Source: Alphaproteobacteria bacterium (GTDB lineage: Bacteria; Pseudomonadota; Alphaproteobacteria; SP197). From it: a DNA stretch of 64,000 nucleotides. The stretch is from the NCBI GenBank assembly GCA_964291265.2, contig OZ219747.1:1760001-1824000 (forward strand), given 5' to 3'. The first letter of the stretch is position 1. Every line of letters begins with the position of its first letter. Under the pieces are notes generated by a model. That model worked only from the letters and a program-made list of their open reading frames with translations. It searched no databases and had not been told where the DNA came from. Made by a program: the position numbers and the translations under genes. Below are positions 31,085 through 42,568 of the stretch, in pieces.

Positions 31085-31327
31085 ATGGCGACCACTTTCG
31101 ACACCCTGACCGCCGCCCGCGGGCTCGAAAGTGCGGGCATGGACCGCAAGCAGGCCGAGGCCGTTGTCGGAGCAGTTCGCGCCGGACAGGGCGATCTTGC
31201 CACCAAGGCGAACCTGGGCACCCGGGAATCGCGCGTCACGGTAGTGCTCTACCGCGTCGCCCTCGCAATCGTCGTTGCCAATGCGGCGGTGACGTTCGGC
31301 ATCATCCGCCTCCTAGTGAACCCGTAG
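31085..31327 (+). CDS. DUF1640/CCDC90-like small protein
   Basis: FDTLTAARGLESAGMDRKQAEAV...LATKA, C-terminal TM helix. Confidence 0.7.
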   Translation: MATTFDTLTAARGLESAGMDRKQAEAVVGAVRAGQGDLATKANLGTRESRVTVVLYRVALAIVVANAAVTFGIIRLLVNP

Positions 31328-31414
31328 GTTCCCGCCATTTGCGGGTCCCAGCGGCCCAATGGCATCCACATCGACACATGGATTCGAATGCCATTGGCCC
31401 GCGGCCCCATCTCC

Positions 31415-32800
31415 CTACAGTCCCTTCAGGATATCCTCGACCATCTTCCTCGCATCCGCGAACAGCATCATGGTGTTGTCGCGGTAGAACAGCGGGTTGT
31501 CGATTCCGGCATATCCCGGCGACAGCGATCGTTTGACCACCATGACGGCGGCCGCATTCTCCGCGTTGAGCACCGGCATGCCGGCGATCGGACAGGAGGG
31601 ATCGGTCTTGGCCAGGGGATTGCAGACATCGTTGGCGCCGATCACGAAGGCGACATCGGCCGTGGCGAACTGTGAGTTGATTTCCTCGAGCTCGAAGACC
31701 TCGTCGTAGGGGATGTTGGCTTCGGCCAGCAGGACGTTCATGTGCCCGGGCATGCGCCCGGCGACGGGATGGATGGCGTAGGCCACCTCGATGCCGTTGT
31801 CCTTGAGCTTGTCGGCCATGTCCCTCAGGGCGTGCTGCGCCTGGGCGACCGCCATGCCGTAGCCGGGAACGATGATCACCTTTCGGGCGTTCTGAAGGAC
31901 AAAGGCCGCATCGTCGGCGCTGCCCTGGTTCACCTTGCGCTGTCCGGATGCCGTGTGCACCGATCCGGCGCCACCGAATCCTCCCAGGATGACGTTGAAG
32001 AAGGAGCGATTCATGCCCTTGCACATGATGTAGCTCAGGATGGCGCCGGAAGAACCGACGAGGGCGCCGGTGATGATGAGAAGCTCGTTCTCCAGGGTGA
32101 AGCCGATGCCGGCTGCCGCCCAACCGGAGTAGCTGTTGAGCATGGAAACAACCACCGGCATGTCCGCGCCACCGATCGGGACGATGAGGGTGACACCGAT
32201 CAGGAAAGCCAGGGCGGCGACAATCCAGAAGGCGTCCGCGTTGCCGTCGGCAGCAAACCACGCGCCGGCGGCGGCCATGGCGAGGCCGATCAGCAGGTTG
32301 AGAAGATGCTGTCCCCGGAAGATGACCGGTGCGCCGGACACCAGTCCCTGGAGTTTGGCGAAGGCGACCACGGAACCGGAAAAGGTCACGGCGCCGATCG
32401 CCATGCCGAGGATCATCTCGATCCTGCTGGCGAGCCGGATGGCGCCGTCGGCGCCGACGATGCCGTAGGCTTCGGGAGAAAGAAGTGCAGCGGCGGCAAC
32501 GAGGACGGCAGCCAGGCCCACCAGGCTGTGGAAGGCCGCCACCAGTTGCGGCATCGCCGTCATCCGGATGTTGAAGGCGATGGCCATGCCGATGGCGCCG
32601 CCGATGACAAGACCGCCGACGATCCACCAGTAGGACATGACGGTGGGATCGGCCATCGTCACCGCCACGGCCATGACCATGCCGATCATGCCGATGAGAT
32701 TGCCCCGGCGCGATGATCCCGGCGCCGAGAGGCCCTTCAGCGCCAGGATGAAGCAGACCGCGGCCACCAGATAGGCAAGGGCCGCCAGGTCCGCGGTCAT
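31415..32800 (-). CDS. pntB: NAD(P) transhydrogenase beta subunit
   Basis: [54 protein letters not shown]. Confidence 0.97.
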   Translation of the reverse strand: MTADLAALAYLVAAVCFILALKGLSAPGSSRRGNLIGMIGMVMAVAVTMADPTVMSYWWIVGGLVIGGAIGMAIAFNIRMTAMPQLVAAFHSLVGLAAVLVAAAALLSPEAYGIVGADGAIRLASRIEMILGMAIGAVTFSGSVVAFAKLQGLVSGAPVIFRGQHLLNLLIGLAMAAAGAWFAADGNADAFWIVAALAFLIGVTLIVPIGGADMPVVVSMLNSYSGWAAAGIGFTLENELLIITGALVGSSGAILSYIMCKGMNRSFFNVILGGFGGAGSVHTASGQRKVNQGSADDAAFVLQNARKVIIVPGYGMAVAQAQHALRDMADKLKDNGIEVAYAIHPVAGRMPGHMNVLLAEANIPYDEVFELEEINSQFATADVAFVIGANDVCNPLAKTDPSCPIAGMPVLNAENAAAVMVVKRSLSPGYAGIDNPLFYRDNTMMLFADARKMVEDILKGL

Positions 32801-33111
32801 GGATCCCGCCCCCTGGCGCCGTCCTTCCTGCGGAACATCTCCAGCATGCGCTGGGTCACGGCAAAGCCGCCGAAGATGTTGATGGCCGCCAGGGTGACGG
32901 CGATGAAACCAAGGACTCCCGAGAGATCCATTCCCTCCGGGCCGGCGGCGATCAGCGCGCCGACGATGATGACGCTGGAAATCGCGTTGGTGACCGACAT
33001 CAGGGGCGTATGAAGCGCCGGAGTTACGGCCCAGACCACGTGGTACCCGACAAAGATGGCGAGCACGAAGATCGTCAGACGGAAGAAAAGCGGATCGACA
33101 GCGGCTTCCAT
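32797..33111 (-). CDS. pntAB: NAD(P) transhydrogenase alpha subunit part 2
   Basis: [31 protein letters not shown]. Confidence 0.95.
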   Translation of the reverse strand: MEAAVDPLFFRLTIFVLAIFVGYHVVWAVTPALHTPLMSVTNAISSVIIVGALIAAGPEGMDLSGVLGFIAVTLAAINIFGGFAVTQRMLEMFRRKDGARGRDP

Positions 33112-33115
33112 GGGC

Positions 33116-34264
33116 TCAGCTCCCCTTCGCATCGCAGAGCAGGGGATGGACAAGCACGCCGCTGCGCATCACGCACATGCCGCTGATCACCTCGTCTTCG
33201 TGATCAAGCGCAAGGCGCCCGGTTTCGGCATCGATGAAGGGCGCAATGAGATTGAACAGGTTGCGTGCATAGAAGGTCGAGGCATCGGCCGCCAGGCGTC
33301 CCGCCACGTTGGAGAATCCGACAAGGGTGACACCGTCGACATCCACCACCTCGTCGCGAATGCTGCCGTCGCAATTGCCGCCGTCCTCCACTGCGAGATC
33401 GACGATGACGGAACCGCGTTTCATGTTCCGGACCATGGCGTCGGTCACGAGCCGCGGCGCCGGTCGCCCGGGGATGCGGGCGGTGGTGATGCAGATGTCG
33501 GCCTTCTTCAGGGCGCCCGCGATCGCCTCGCCCTGCCGGGCGAGATAGGCATCATCCATCTCCCGGGCATAACCTGCCCGGGTCTCGGCGTCATCGGCGC
33601 CTGGAACCTCCACGAAGCTGGCGCCGAGACTCTCCACCTCCTCCTTCACGGCTGCCCGGACATCGAAGACCTCGACCACGGCGCCCAGTCGCCGTGCGGT
33701 CGCAATGGCCTGGAGCCCCGCCACACCGGCGCCAAGAATCAACACCCGCGCCGGCGCGATGGTGCCGGCGGCCGTCATCATCATGGGCATGGCGCGGCCG
33801 AAGAACATGCAGGCGTCCAGCACCGCCTTGTAGCCGGCCAGACTCGCCTGGGATGTCAGGGCGTCCATGGCCTGGGCGCGGCTGATTCGGGGAATCAGCT
33901 CCATGGCCAGCACGGTGAGCCGTCTGGCGGCGTAGCCGGCGTACTGTTCGCGGTCGCCGAGGGGGTTGATGAGACCGACGACGACACATCCTTCGGGGAT
34001 GTGGGTCACCTCGTCGATGTCATCCGCGGTGACCGGCCGGTTGACCTTGAAGACGACATCGGCGCCAGACAGGACATCGTCGACATCGCTGGACACGATG
34101 GCGCCGGCCTGGCGGAACGTGTCGTCCGTCCATCCGGCAGCTTCGCCTGCTCCCGCTTCGATGGCGACCGCGACACCCTTGTTCTTCAGCCTTGTGACCA
34201 TGTCAGGGGAGGCGGCCACCCTGGTCTCGGCAGGATGACGCTCCCGCAATACTGCACACTTCAT
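33116..34264 (-). CDS. pntAA: NAD(P) transhydrogenase alpha subunit part 1
   Basis: [40 protein letters not shown]. Confidence 0.96.
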   Translation of the reverse strand: MKCAVLRERHPAETRVAASPDMVTRLKNKGVAVAIEAGAGEAAGWTDDTFRQAGAIVSSDVDDVLSGADVVFKVNRPVTADDIDEVTHIPEGCVVVGLINPLGDREQYAGYAARRLTVLAMELIPRISRAQAMDALTSQASLAGYKAVLDACMFFGRAMPMMMTAAGTIAPARVLILGAGVAGLQAIATARRLGAVVEVFDVRAAVKEEVESLGASFVEVPGADDAETRAGYAREMDDAYLARQGEAIAGALKKADICITTARIPGRPAPRLVTDAMVRNMKRGSVIVDLAVEDGGNCDGSIRDEVVDVDGVTLVGFSNVAGRLAADASTFYARNLFNLIAPFIDAETGRLALDHEDEVISGMCVMRSGVLVHPLLCDAKGS

Positions 34265-34361
34265 CGGCTGTCCGGATGACTGGATGACGGGTGCCGCATC
34301 TTGGCGAAGACACCGGACAATGTGAAGGGCAGGGCGGCGATACTGTCAGGTTCCATCGGAC

Positions 34362-35036
34362 TTATCCCGCACCCCCGCTTCTCGACCGCGTTGTCGAGGG
34401 CACCAGAGTCCTCCCGTGGTAGGCGAGAACGCCGGACCAGGCCGAGCTGTCGACTGGAATTCCTTCATCCAGCGCCGTCCTTCTTCCCTCCTCGATGACA
34501 TGCCGGGGACCGGTTGAGGACATGGTGGCGCCCGGAGCATGCGCCGCGACTGTCACCGCTGCCCGGCCCCGGGAGGTGTCGCCCTCCAGGGCTGCCAGCC
34601 CCCCGGCCATCTCGATGACCGTCGCGGCGCCTCCATGCCAGGAAAGGCGGGCGTGGCCGTGCGCGGCAACGGCGACGGCCCCTGCGAGCAGAAGCGGCAC
34701 GTCCACCCTGTCGACATGGAGCGTCGCGGGCTCGGCCGGCGTCATGGAGAGCCGGTCGGTGACGACAGGGCCGGCGAAGAGCGCCGACACCATCCCGCCG
34801 TCGCGACAGGCGAGGCGACTGTCGCGGATCACGAGATCGCCGCTGCTTTGACCTGTGGCCAGGGCATCGAGCGCCGGCAGCGCCGCCCGGGCCGGGTCCA
34901 TGTCGATGAAGGCAAGCCACGCCGCAGCGGCGGCAAACTCCTCACAGATGCCGACGGGGGCGCCGGCACCGGCGGCGGCACGGGCGAAGTGGAAGAGAAT
35001 CTCGTTGAGCGAGAGAAGGACAGGAGATGTGGCCAT
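34362..35036 (-). CDS. DUF3726-like protein
   Basis: LSLNEI....RAA.GAG.P.G..EE.A.A..WL N-terminus; C-terminal RT.VPST..SR..GAG. Confidence 0.7.
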   Translation of the reverse strand: MATSPVLLSLNEILFHFARAAAGAGAPVGICEEFAAAAAWLAFIDMDPARAALPALDALATGQSSGDLVIRDSRLACRDGGMVSALFAGPVVTDRLSMTPAEPATLHVDRVDVPLLLAGAVAVAAHGHARLSWHGGAATVIEMAGGLAALEGDTSRGRAAVTVAAHAPGATMSSTGPRHVIEEGRRTALDEGIPVDSSAWSGVLAYHGRTLVPSTTRSRSGGAG

Positions 35037-35045
35037 GCCGGAAGT

Positions 35046-36719
35046 TCAAGGATGGGGAAAGAGCCACTGCGACTCCGTGCCGCCGGTGATGTCTCCCGGC
35101 AGCGGCGCCCCCCGGTAGAGGGTCACGCGGGTCCAGAGATCCGACCTGGGGTCGAATCCGTTGGCGCCGAAGAAGGCCAGCTTGAATCGCAGGATGTCGA
35201 GAGGACGTCGGTCAGCCGCCAGGAGATTGTCGCGAATCTCCGCGTAGGGAAGGTGGGCGAGATGCTGAACACGACGCACCGTGCTTCGCCATTCCGGCGC
35301 CGCGACGAGAAAATCGGCAACGCTTTCCAGGCGATCACGATCTGCGAGCCGTGCTTTCAGCATGGCGACATCACGGCCGATGGCCACGGCCATTTCCATG
35401 TCGGCGCCGGGCTCGGCGTAGCGATCGCCCACACGCGGTTCGAGCTTTTCATCGGAGTAGTACCAGAAGCGCTGGCGGGAATCCCGGGCGGCGTGGTCGA
35501 TGGCGAGAGCCCAGCCGTAGTGGTCGTCGATGAGGTCGATGAGGTCTGCGAGCGGCATGGCTGGCTTCACGGCAGGCAGACTGCCGCCGGAACTCATGCC
35601 CTCGCACAGGCCGTCGATCAACGTTCCCTGGTTCTCGAGCAACAGGGCCACCACCATCTCCTGTCCTTCCAGGGAGAACCGCCTGGACGCCAGGCGCCAG
35701 AGAGCATCCCATGGCCGTTCGCTGTCGAGCCCGTCGTCGCACCAGGCTTCGAGGTATGCGAGATCGTCGCCAAGCCCCGAGATGCGTGCCGACTGTACCG
35801 GATCGTCCACCTCCCAGGCAGCGACATGGCGCCGTGCGTCGCCCAGAAGGTCGCGGAACTCCCCGATGGCGTCCGGGGTGGCCCGTTCCACCTTCCGCAC
35901 GCGCAGGAGGGCGCGTTCGCGAGCCATGACCCAGTTGTTGATCAGCAGCGGGTGCTTGACGAGAAACGGCGCCATGCCGAGGCCCGTGGCGTTGCCGATG
36001 CCGAGCGCTCTCGCAAACTCCTCGGACAGTTTCGCTGCGCGGTGTCCCGACCGTTGCCGGGCCATGTGGTTGACGAGGTCGACGCTCATCCAGCGAATGA
36101 GATAGACGGCGAGAAGTTCCGCCTGGAAGGGGGCGCGCAACTCGTCGCGCCCGGCGATCCGGCCGCGGTCGGCGCAGCCGAACTTGCCGCTTCCGTAGAC
36201 CGCCGTGGTGCGCATCAGATAGCCGACATCCTCCATGAGATCGCGGCATGGCTGCCGGCCACCGGCCAGCCTCTCCACCACATGATCGAAGATCCTGCCG
36301 CTCCTGTTGGCGCGCGCCAGGACCAGTTCACTGGCCGTGAAACGCCCGGCCTCCTGGCGGGGCGTGTTCACGGCGAGGCGTTCGATGTCTGCGGCGCCGG
36401 GGATGCCGTCAAAGAGCGAGAACGTGGCGTCCCAGGCCCTGGCGATGACGCGGTCCGTTCTCTCCCGGGGATCGATGAGCCCTGAAAATCCCACCAGGCT
36501 GTAGGTCCGGCGGGAGCCGTGGACAGCGTGGATGGTGTGGCCAACCCCGTTGTGATCGAGATCGATGCGCATTCTCTCGAAACGCCAGCGCTCGCGGATC
36601 ATGCGACGGATCAACTGGCGCACGAAACTCAGTCGTGTGGGGAAGGATGCCCCCATGCGCTCGAGGCGCATGATCTCGCCGGGAGGGCGCAGCTGCGGCA
36701 TGCCTTCGGTTGCTGTCAT
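35046..36719 (-). CDS. Conserved hypothetical protein (DUF3726-associated)
   Basis: 557 aa; RTDRVIA..WD, YLMRTTAVYGSGKFG, GIGNATGLGMAPFL, FWYYSDEKLEPR; coupled to the upstream monooxygenase. Confidence 0.8.
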   Translation of the reverse strand: MTATEGMPQLRPPGEIMRLERMGASFPTRLSFVRQLIRRMIRERWRFERMRIDLDHNGVGHTIHAVHGSRRTYSLVGFSGLIDPRERTDRVIARAWDATFSLFDGIPGAADIERLAVNTPRQEAGRFTASELVLARANRSGRIFDHVVERLAGGRQPCRDLMEDVGYLMRTTAVYGSGKFGCADRGRIAGRDELRAPFQAELLAVYLIRWMSVDLVNHMARQRSGHRAAKLSEEFARALGIGNATGLGMAPFLVKHPLLINNWVMARERALLRVRKVERATPDAIGEFRDLLGDARRHVAAWEVDDPVQSARISGLGDDLAYLEAWCDDGLDSERPWDALWRLASRRFSLEGQEMVVALLLENQGTLIDGLCEGMSSGGSLPAVKPAMPLADLIDLIDDHYGWALAIDHAARDSRQRFWYYSDEKLEPRVGDRYAEPGADMEMAVAIGRDVAMLKARLADRDRLESVADFLVAAPEWRSTVRRVQHLAHLPYAEIRDNLLAADRRPLDILRFKLAFFGANGFDPRSDLWTRVTLYRGAPLPGDITGGTESQWLFPHP

Positions 36720-38200
36720 CGCGTGCCGGTGAGCTCGAGTGTCCCGTCCTCGATCGGCGAGCGCTTCACCAGGCGGACATCAAGGGCGTAGTCCTGGGTG
36801 TTGCGCCAGGGATCGCGGTCTCCCTGCCGGGGCAGGTGGTCAAGGGCGCGCAGGATGTAGCCCGCCGGAAAGTCGTCGATCCAGGGCCGTGGTGTCATGT
36901 CCCGGTGTGCGTCGCCGAGCCGGGGTGTGGCCTGCCGCTTGCCTGTCTTGTCCATCGTGTTGATCAGCCTGCATGCGTAGCCGGCTGTCAGGTCGGCGCG
37001 CAGGGTCCAGCTGGCATTGACGTAGCCGAATGTCTGGACGAGATTGGGGACATCCGAGAGCATCATGCCCTTGTAGGACCAGTGCTCGGGCGGATGCACG
37101 GCGGCACCGTCGACGGAAAGCCTGACGCCGTTGAGGATCTTCATCCTGAGGCCCGTGGCGACGACGATGATGTCGGCCTTGATGGTCTCGCCGCTGGCGA
37201 GCGCCAGGCCGTCATGGGTGAATCGTTCGATGGTGTCGGTGCGAACGGTCGCCTGACCGCTGTTGAGGACATGGTAGAGATCGTCGTCAGGAATCAGACA
37301 CAGGCGCTGGTCCCAGGGACCGTAGCTCGGCGTGAAGTGCCTGGCGACATCGATTTCGGGCTTGAGTGCCTGGCGCACGAGGCCGATGAATTCGGCCTTC
37401 ACCTTCTCCGGTTCGGTCCGGGTCCTGCGGTAGAGTTCCAAGTCCCGCCTGACGTTGCGCCTCCGCGTGATGGCATAGGCCAGGCGGTTCGGCAGGAATC
37501 TGGCGAGGAGGTTTGCGGTTTTGTCCTCGCTCGGCCAGGAAACGACATATGTCGGGGAACGCTGGACCATGATGACGTGAGAGGCTCCGGCCATCGCCAG
37601 GGCCGGCACCAGGGTCATGGCCGTGGCGCCGGAACCGATGACGGCAAACCGCTTGTCCCGGCACTCCAGGTTCTCGGGCCAGAACTGCGGATGCACGATG
37701 GCGCCGGAAAACAGGTCCTCTCCTTCCCAGGTCGGCCGGTACGGTTCTTCGTAGTCGTAGTACCCGCCGCACAGCAGCAGCATGGTGCACGTCAGGCGAA
37801 CGGTCTCACCCTCGTGTTCCGCCTCGACGGTCCAGAGCGCTTCGCTGCTTGACCAGGATGCCGCCGTGACGCGGTGGTCGAAGCGGACATGGCGCCTGAT
37901 GTCGTGTTCGTCCGCCGTCTCGTTGATGTAACGCAGGATCGACGGGCCATCGGCGATGGCACGGGCTTCCAGCCACGGCTTGAAGGCATAGCCCAGCGTG
38001 TGCATGTCACTGTCGGAGCGCACCCCCGGGTAGCGGAAGAGATCCCAGGTGCCGCCGATGGTCCGGCGGCTCTCGAGAATGGTGAAACTCTTCGACGGGC
38101 AATGGTGCATGAGGTGCCACGCACTGCCGATTCCGGACAGCCCGGCGCCGACGATGACGACATCGACGCGGTGGCTCGCCCGACCCGCCCTCTCTCTCAT
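36716..38200 (-). CDS. Flavin-containing (Baeyer-Villiger, EthA-like) monooxygenase
   Basis: GAGLSG, GGTWDLFRYPG.RSDSD, FSGAIVHPQFW fingerprint, IGSGATA. Confidence 0.93.
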   Translation of the reverse strand: MRERAGRASHRVDVVIVGAGLSGIGSAWHLMHHCPSKSFTILESRRTIGGTWDLFRYPGVRSDSDMHTLGYAFKPWLEARAIADGPSILRYINETADEHDIRRHVRFDHRVTAASWSSSEALWTVEAEHEGETVRLTCTMLLLCGGYYDYEEPYRPTWEGEDLFSGAIVHPQFWPENLECRDKRFAVIGSGATAMTLVPALAMAGASHVIMVQRSPTYVVSWPSEDKTANLLARFLPNRLAYAITRRRNVRRDLELYRRTRTEPEKVKAEFIGLVRQALKPEIDVARHFTPSYGPWDQRLCLIPDDDLYHVLNSGQATVRTDTIERFTHDGLALASGETIKADIIVVATGLRMKILNGVRLSVDGAAVHPPEHWSYKGMMLSDVPNLVQTFGYVNASWTLRADLTAGYACRLINTMDKTGKRQATPRLGDAHRDMTPRPWIDDFPAGYILRALDHLPRQGDRDPWRNTQDYALDVRLVKRSPIEDGTLELTGTR

Positions 38201-39087
38201 GGAGGAGCCGCCGCCAGGGCCCCGGCAAGGACCCGCCCGCAGTCTTCGCGGGCTCGTTCCACCTCGGCGCCGATGATCCGGGGCATCAGGAGACATCCGT
38301 GAAGCCTGTCCGCGTGCCGGATGAGTTCGACGGTGACGCCGGCGTCCCCTTGTTTTCGGGCACGGGCCCGATCCTCGTCACGCAGCGGGTCGAGCCCGTC
38401 CACGATGACGGTGGCCGGTGGCTGGCCGGCAAGGTCATCGGCGGCGGGCACGGGCGGGTTGTCGAAACCCGTCTCGTCGCGGGTGCGGCAGACAACATGG
38501 AACACCATGAGATCGAGGGAGAAGCCCTTCGAACAAGGGCGCGGTGGACCGTGTGTCGGCTCCCATGTCGACGGGGAGATGGATGAGGAACAGGTGGCGG
38601 TACCCCGGTCCACCTCGCCCCTTCGCGAGTCGGTTGCCGCCGGCACTGTCGCCTCCCATGGCCGTGTGCCCGGGGTCGCAACCGAAATCCCCGGCCCGGG
38701 CATGGATGGAGACAGCGGCGTCATGGCAATCCTCGAGAGGTTCCGGGAACTTCGCCTCGGGCGACAAAGTTCACCGCCACGCCGGCCTTCAGGGAAAGAA
38801 TGCGGCGCATCGAATCGTCGGCGCCGATCGAGCGCCTGACGTGACCGCCGCCATGGAAGAAGGCGAGGGCCGGACATCCGGCGCCCGGCTCCGGTTCGCA
38901 GACGCGGACATGCCGGCCGGTATCGAGCGGGGCTGTCCGGAGCCTCGATGTCGAGTTCCGCCAGTTCGCGTTCAAGAGCTCGCCGTGAAGGGTCCGGGTC
39001 ACTCGGGTCGATCGGCTGGTCGGCGTCTCTCGAGGCCTGTGCCAGGAAGCACCTGAGACGTGGGTGGAGGTCGGCTTTGTCGTCCAA
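38197..39087 (-). pseudogene. HSL-family alpha/beta esterase pseudogene
   Basis: HGGG, GDSAGG and DPLRDE/H motifs lie in different frames. Confidence 0.75.
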
Positions 39088-39102
39088 GGAGCCGTGCCAG
39101 GA

Positions 39103-40309
39103 TCAGAAGTTCCCGATACAACGATCGATCTCGACTGTGGTGATGTCGTCGGCCACCGGATCCAATTCCGCCAGGCTGATCAGGATGGCGAGCCGGTCGT
39201 TGCCCGGGAGGTCGGCCAGAAACGCCGATACTTGCGCCTTTCCGATTGCATCGTCGATGGTGGTGGACAACGGCTCGCGGTCGGACGATTCGGACGCGTT
39301 GCCCATGCAGGGCTGAGTCGGTTCCAGTTGCCGCTCGATGCCGTCGAGAGCGGCGGCGACAAGGCAGCAGGGGTTGCAGTCGGCCGCTCCGTCGCGCACC
39401 TCGATCCGCATGGTCCGGGGCGAGTGTCCGATGACCCGCAGGGCTGCGGACCTGTTGTCGCATCCCCAGGCGGTGTTGATGGGAGAGAAGCTGTCGGGCC
39501 GCCGCCTTCGGTAGGCGTTGGGCGTCGTCGCGCCGACGAGTGACTTTTCAGTCATCCTGGCCATGGAACACCGATTCACCGTCCCGCCACAAGGAGTGAT
39601 GGAGGCGGAGTCCGTTGCCCGCCTCCCCCTGGAGCGGATTGGCCATGAACGTCGCCAGATATCCGTGCGCGTGGGCAATCTGCTTCACCATGCTTCTGGA
39701 CACGACGGTCCTGTCGGCTGACACCAGGGCCTCGTCATGGGCCATGTTCACCTCGACCTGCCCGGCGGCGCACTGCGGATTGGACTGCTCGATGGGAATG
39801 CCGACGGCATCGAGATGGTGGCGAATCGGGCCGACGACATGGTCCGGCTCGGCGGCGCGGTTCAGGCTGTAGACCTGGATGCCGGTGTCCCGCGGCCGCC
39901 TGCTCTGCGGATCAAGGAGATGGAACTCGAGTTCGCTGCCGATGGTGACCCCGAATCCCATGGCCGAGGCTCGTTCGAGAACGTCGATGAGGACGTCGCG
40001 CGAATCGATGGGAACGGGTATGCCGTGGCTCTCCTCGACCCTGCCGAAACAGAAACCGACACCATCCTCCCAGGGCATCGGCACGACATCACCGACCGGA
40101 AACATGTGGCAGTCGTGATAGCCGGTTTCCATGTTGCAGCAGGGCGTGTCCCAGATGTCGCTGGTCATGTCGATGGCGAACATGGCGGCCGACAGAGCGA
40201 TGCCGTGTTCGCTTGCCTGCTGCCAGCGGGTGGCCGGGATCCTCTTGCCCCTGAAGATTCCGTTGAAGTTTCCGGCTCCCAGGGCCACGCTGTGCATCCC
40301 GTCCGACAA
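39103..40309 (-). pseudogene. Glutamine synthetase-like (gamma-glutamyl-amine ligase, PuuA-type) pseudogene
   Basis: RGKRIP, GSELEF, GQVEVN, ATFMANP..GNGL.LH; frameshifted to NAYRR..WG.DNRSAALR..RIE.R..AD.NP; internal deletions. Confidence 0.8.
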
Positions 40310-40365
40310 TCGTCAGAATCCACTCTTCGTCATGGTGGCAACCGTAGTGGAGGGGCCGTGGCCAA

Positions 40366-41583
40366 TCAACCGCCAGGCCGCGCCCGCCGCCGCATCCATG
40401 CCGCAAGCGGCAGGGGAAGAAGCAGGAGATGAAAGAGCAGCACGGCGCCGGCCAGGCCGTGCGGGTCCCAGAGATCCATGGCGAGGCCGCTGATGGCCGG
40501 TCCCATGATGGATCCCGTACAGAACATCATGCCGAACACCGTGGTGGCGGAAGGAAGGTCGGCGCCACGGAAACGGTCGCCCACCAGCATCACCGCGATG
40601 CCGTAGTGCGCTGACCGCAGGCCGCCGAAGACCATGAGATAGCCGATCAGGAGCAGTCCCCCGATGTCGTCGAACCATGGCAGGGCAGGTGTCGCGACAT
40701 CGCGCATCCATGGAATGAAGGGAAGGGCGAGGGACGCCAGCGCGCCGGCGACGGTGAATGCGGCGAGCAGCAGGGTGCGATCGAACCTGGACGCCAGCCA
40801 GGCGAGAAGGAAGGTCATGATGGCGCCTCCCCAGCCCTGCCAGCCGAGCATGCGCGCCGAGAGGGCCTCGTCGAGACCGAGACGCAGACCGTAGACCGCC
40901 AGCAGCGCCATGAAGGCGCTGCCGGTCATGCCGAACATGAGGTTGGCCATCATGGGAACAGGCGCCATGCGGATGTACTGGTGCAAGCGTGCCGACGGCT
41001 GGTCGTCGCGTGCGATGCGGACCTGAAGACTGGCGGTGAGCGGGATCATGACCGCGATGACCATCACGCCAGCCGCGATGAAGGGCCCGGCGCCCGCCGA
41101 ACCGGTTTCGGCGAGGATGAAGGGGCCAGCGGCGAACCCGATGGCGATGGCGAACATGAAGAGACTGATGGTGCGGCCGCGGCTGCGATCGTCCGACTGG
41201 TGATTGAGCCAGGTCTCGCCCGTCGTCCACATCATGGACTGGGACGCACCCAGCGCCAGGCGCAGCGGGAACCAGGCCCAGACGTCGACCAGAATCGCCA
41301 TGGCGATGATGGACGTGAGGCAGAGGACGGCGCCCGCCATCATGAGCCGCGCCGGTCCCAGGCGCCGCATGAGTCGTGGCAGCACCGGCATGATGACGAA
41401 GATGCCGGCCATCTGCACGGCGCCCGAAAGACCGATCAGGGATCCGCTTTCTCCCTCGTTCTCCAGGACGAACGACAGCAGCTGGCCCGAGAATCCATAG
41501 AAGGTGGCAATCGCCGCCATGCTGGCGATGACCGCGGCCAGCCCGGCTCGGCGTTCACCGGTTCCGGACCTGTCCGCCATCAC
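40366..41583 (-). CDS. MFS transporter
   Basis: About 12 TM segments; WFPLRLALG...ETW....RGR; G.I.GP. Confidence 0.88.
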   Translation of the reverse strand: MMADRSGTGERRAGLAAVIASMAAIATFYGFSGQLLSFVLENEGESGSLIGLSGAVQMAGIFVIMPVLPRLMRRLGPARLMMAGAVLCLTSIIAMAILVDVWAWFPLRLALGASQSMMWTTGETWLNHQSDDRSRGRTISLFMFAIAIGFAAGPFILAETGSAGAGPFIAAGVMVIAVMIPLTASLQVRIARDDQPSARLHQYIRMAPVPMMANLMFGMTGSAFMALLAVYGLRLGLDEALSARMLGWQGWGGAIMTFLLAWLASRFDRTLLLAAFTVAGALASLALPFIPWMRDVATPALPWFDDIGGLLLIGYLMVFGGLRSAHYGIAVMLVGDRFRGADLPSATTVFGMMFCTGSIMGPAISGLAMDLWDPHGLAGAVLLFHLLLLPLPLAAWMRRRARPGG

Positions 41584-41709
41584 CGTTCAGGATGCCCGGT
41601 GGTGACAGGTGGACCGGGTTTCAGAAGCCGGCCCCTGCGTCATCGGCAGGGCGGGCCGGGACGCGCCTCTCCACGTCATGCCCCGTCACGAGACTTCCCG
41701 AGCGCATCG

Positions 41710-42558
41710 TCATCGGGTCCGACGTCGAGGGCCGGCCCTGTCGTTCTCGCGGTGCATCATGAAGACCGAGATCAGGATGAGCGTGATCGAGACGATGACG
41801 ATGATCGTGCCCACCGCATTGATTTCCGGGGTGATGCCGCGGCGGATGACCGACCAGATGTACATCGGCAGCGTGTTGTCGCGGCCGGTCAGGAAGAACG
41901 TCACCGGAATCTCGTCGAACGAGAGCGTGAACGAGATCAGCGAGGAACCGATGATGGCCGAACGGATGTTGGGCAGCGTGACATGACGGAAGGTCTGCCA
42001 GGGCCGGGCTCCGAGATCGGCCGAGGCTTCCTCGATGCGGCGGTCGAATCGCTGCAGCCGGGCAAAGACATTGGTGACGACGATCGCCGTCAAGGCCGTC
42101 CCGTGGCCGACGATGACGGTCCAGATGCCGAGATCCACCCCCACCGAACGGAAGAACGTCAGCATTGACACGCCGGTAATCAGCCCCGGCAGGGTGATGG
42201 GAAGGATGACGAGACGGCGAAACACCGTCTTGCCGGGAAAGTCGTGGCGATCCAGCGCCAGTGCCGTCGGAATGCCGATGGCAAGGCAGATCATCACGGC
42301 CGACACGCCGACAAGGATCGAGTTCCAGACGGCTGTCATGAGATCGGGATTGCCCAGCGCCCGGGTGTACCAGGCAAGGGTGAAGTCCTCGAGCGGCAGG
42401 CGCGTGATGGGGTTCGAGTTGAAACTGAACACGATCAGGGTGGCAATCGGGGTGTAGAGGAAGGCCAGGACGCACAGCGCGGCGACACCCAGCCCCGCGG
42501 TGCCGGCATCGATCGGCTTCCTGCGTGTCCCGCCGTCGTGCAGGGTGACGGTCGCCAT
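41710..42558 (-). CDS. Polyamine-type ABC transporter permease (PotC-like)
   Basis: FLYTPI...FSFN, EEASADLGA, FTLSFDE. Confidence 0.92.
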   Translation of the reverse strand: MATVTLHDGGTRRKPIDAGTAGLGVAALCVLAFLYTPIATLIVFSFNSNPITRLPLEDFTLAWYTRALGNPDLMTAVWNSILVGVSAVMICLAIGIPTALALDRHDFPGKTVFRRLVILPITLPGLITGVSMLTFFRSVGVDLGIWTVIVGHGTALTAIVVTNVFARLQRFDRRIEEASADLGARPWQTFRHVTLPNIRSAIIGSSLISFTLSFDEIPVTFFLTGRDNTLPMYIWSVIRRGITPEINAVGTIIVIVSITLILISVFMMHRENDRAGPRRRTR

Positions 42559-42568
42559 CGGAGGCCTC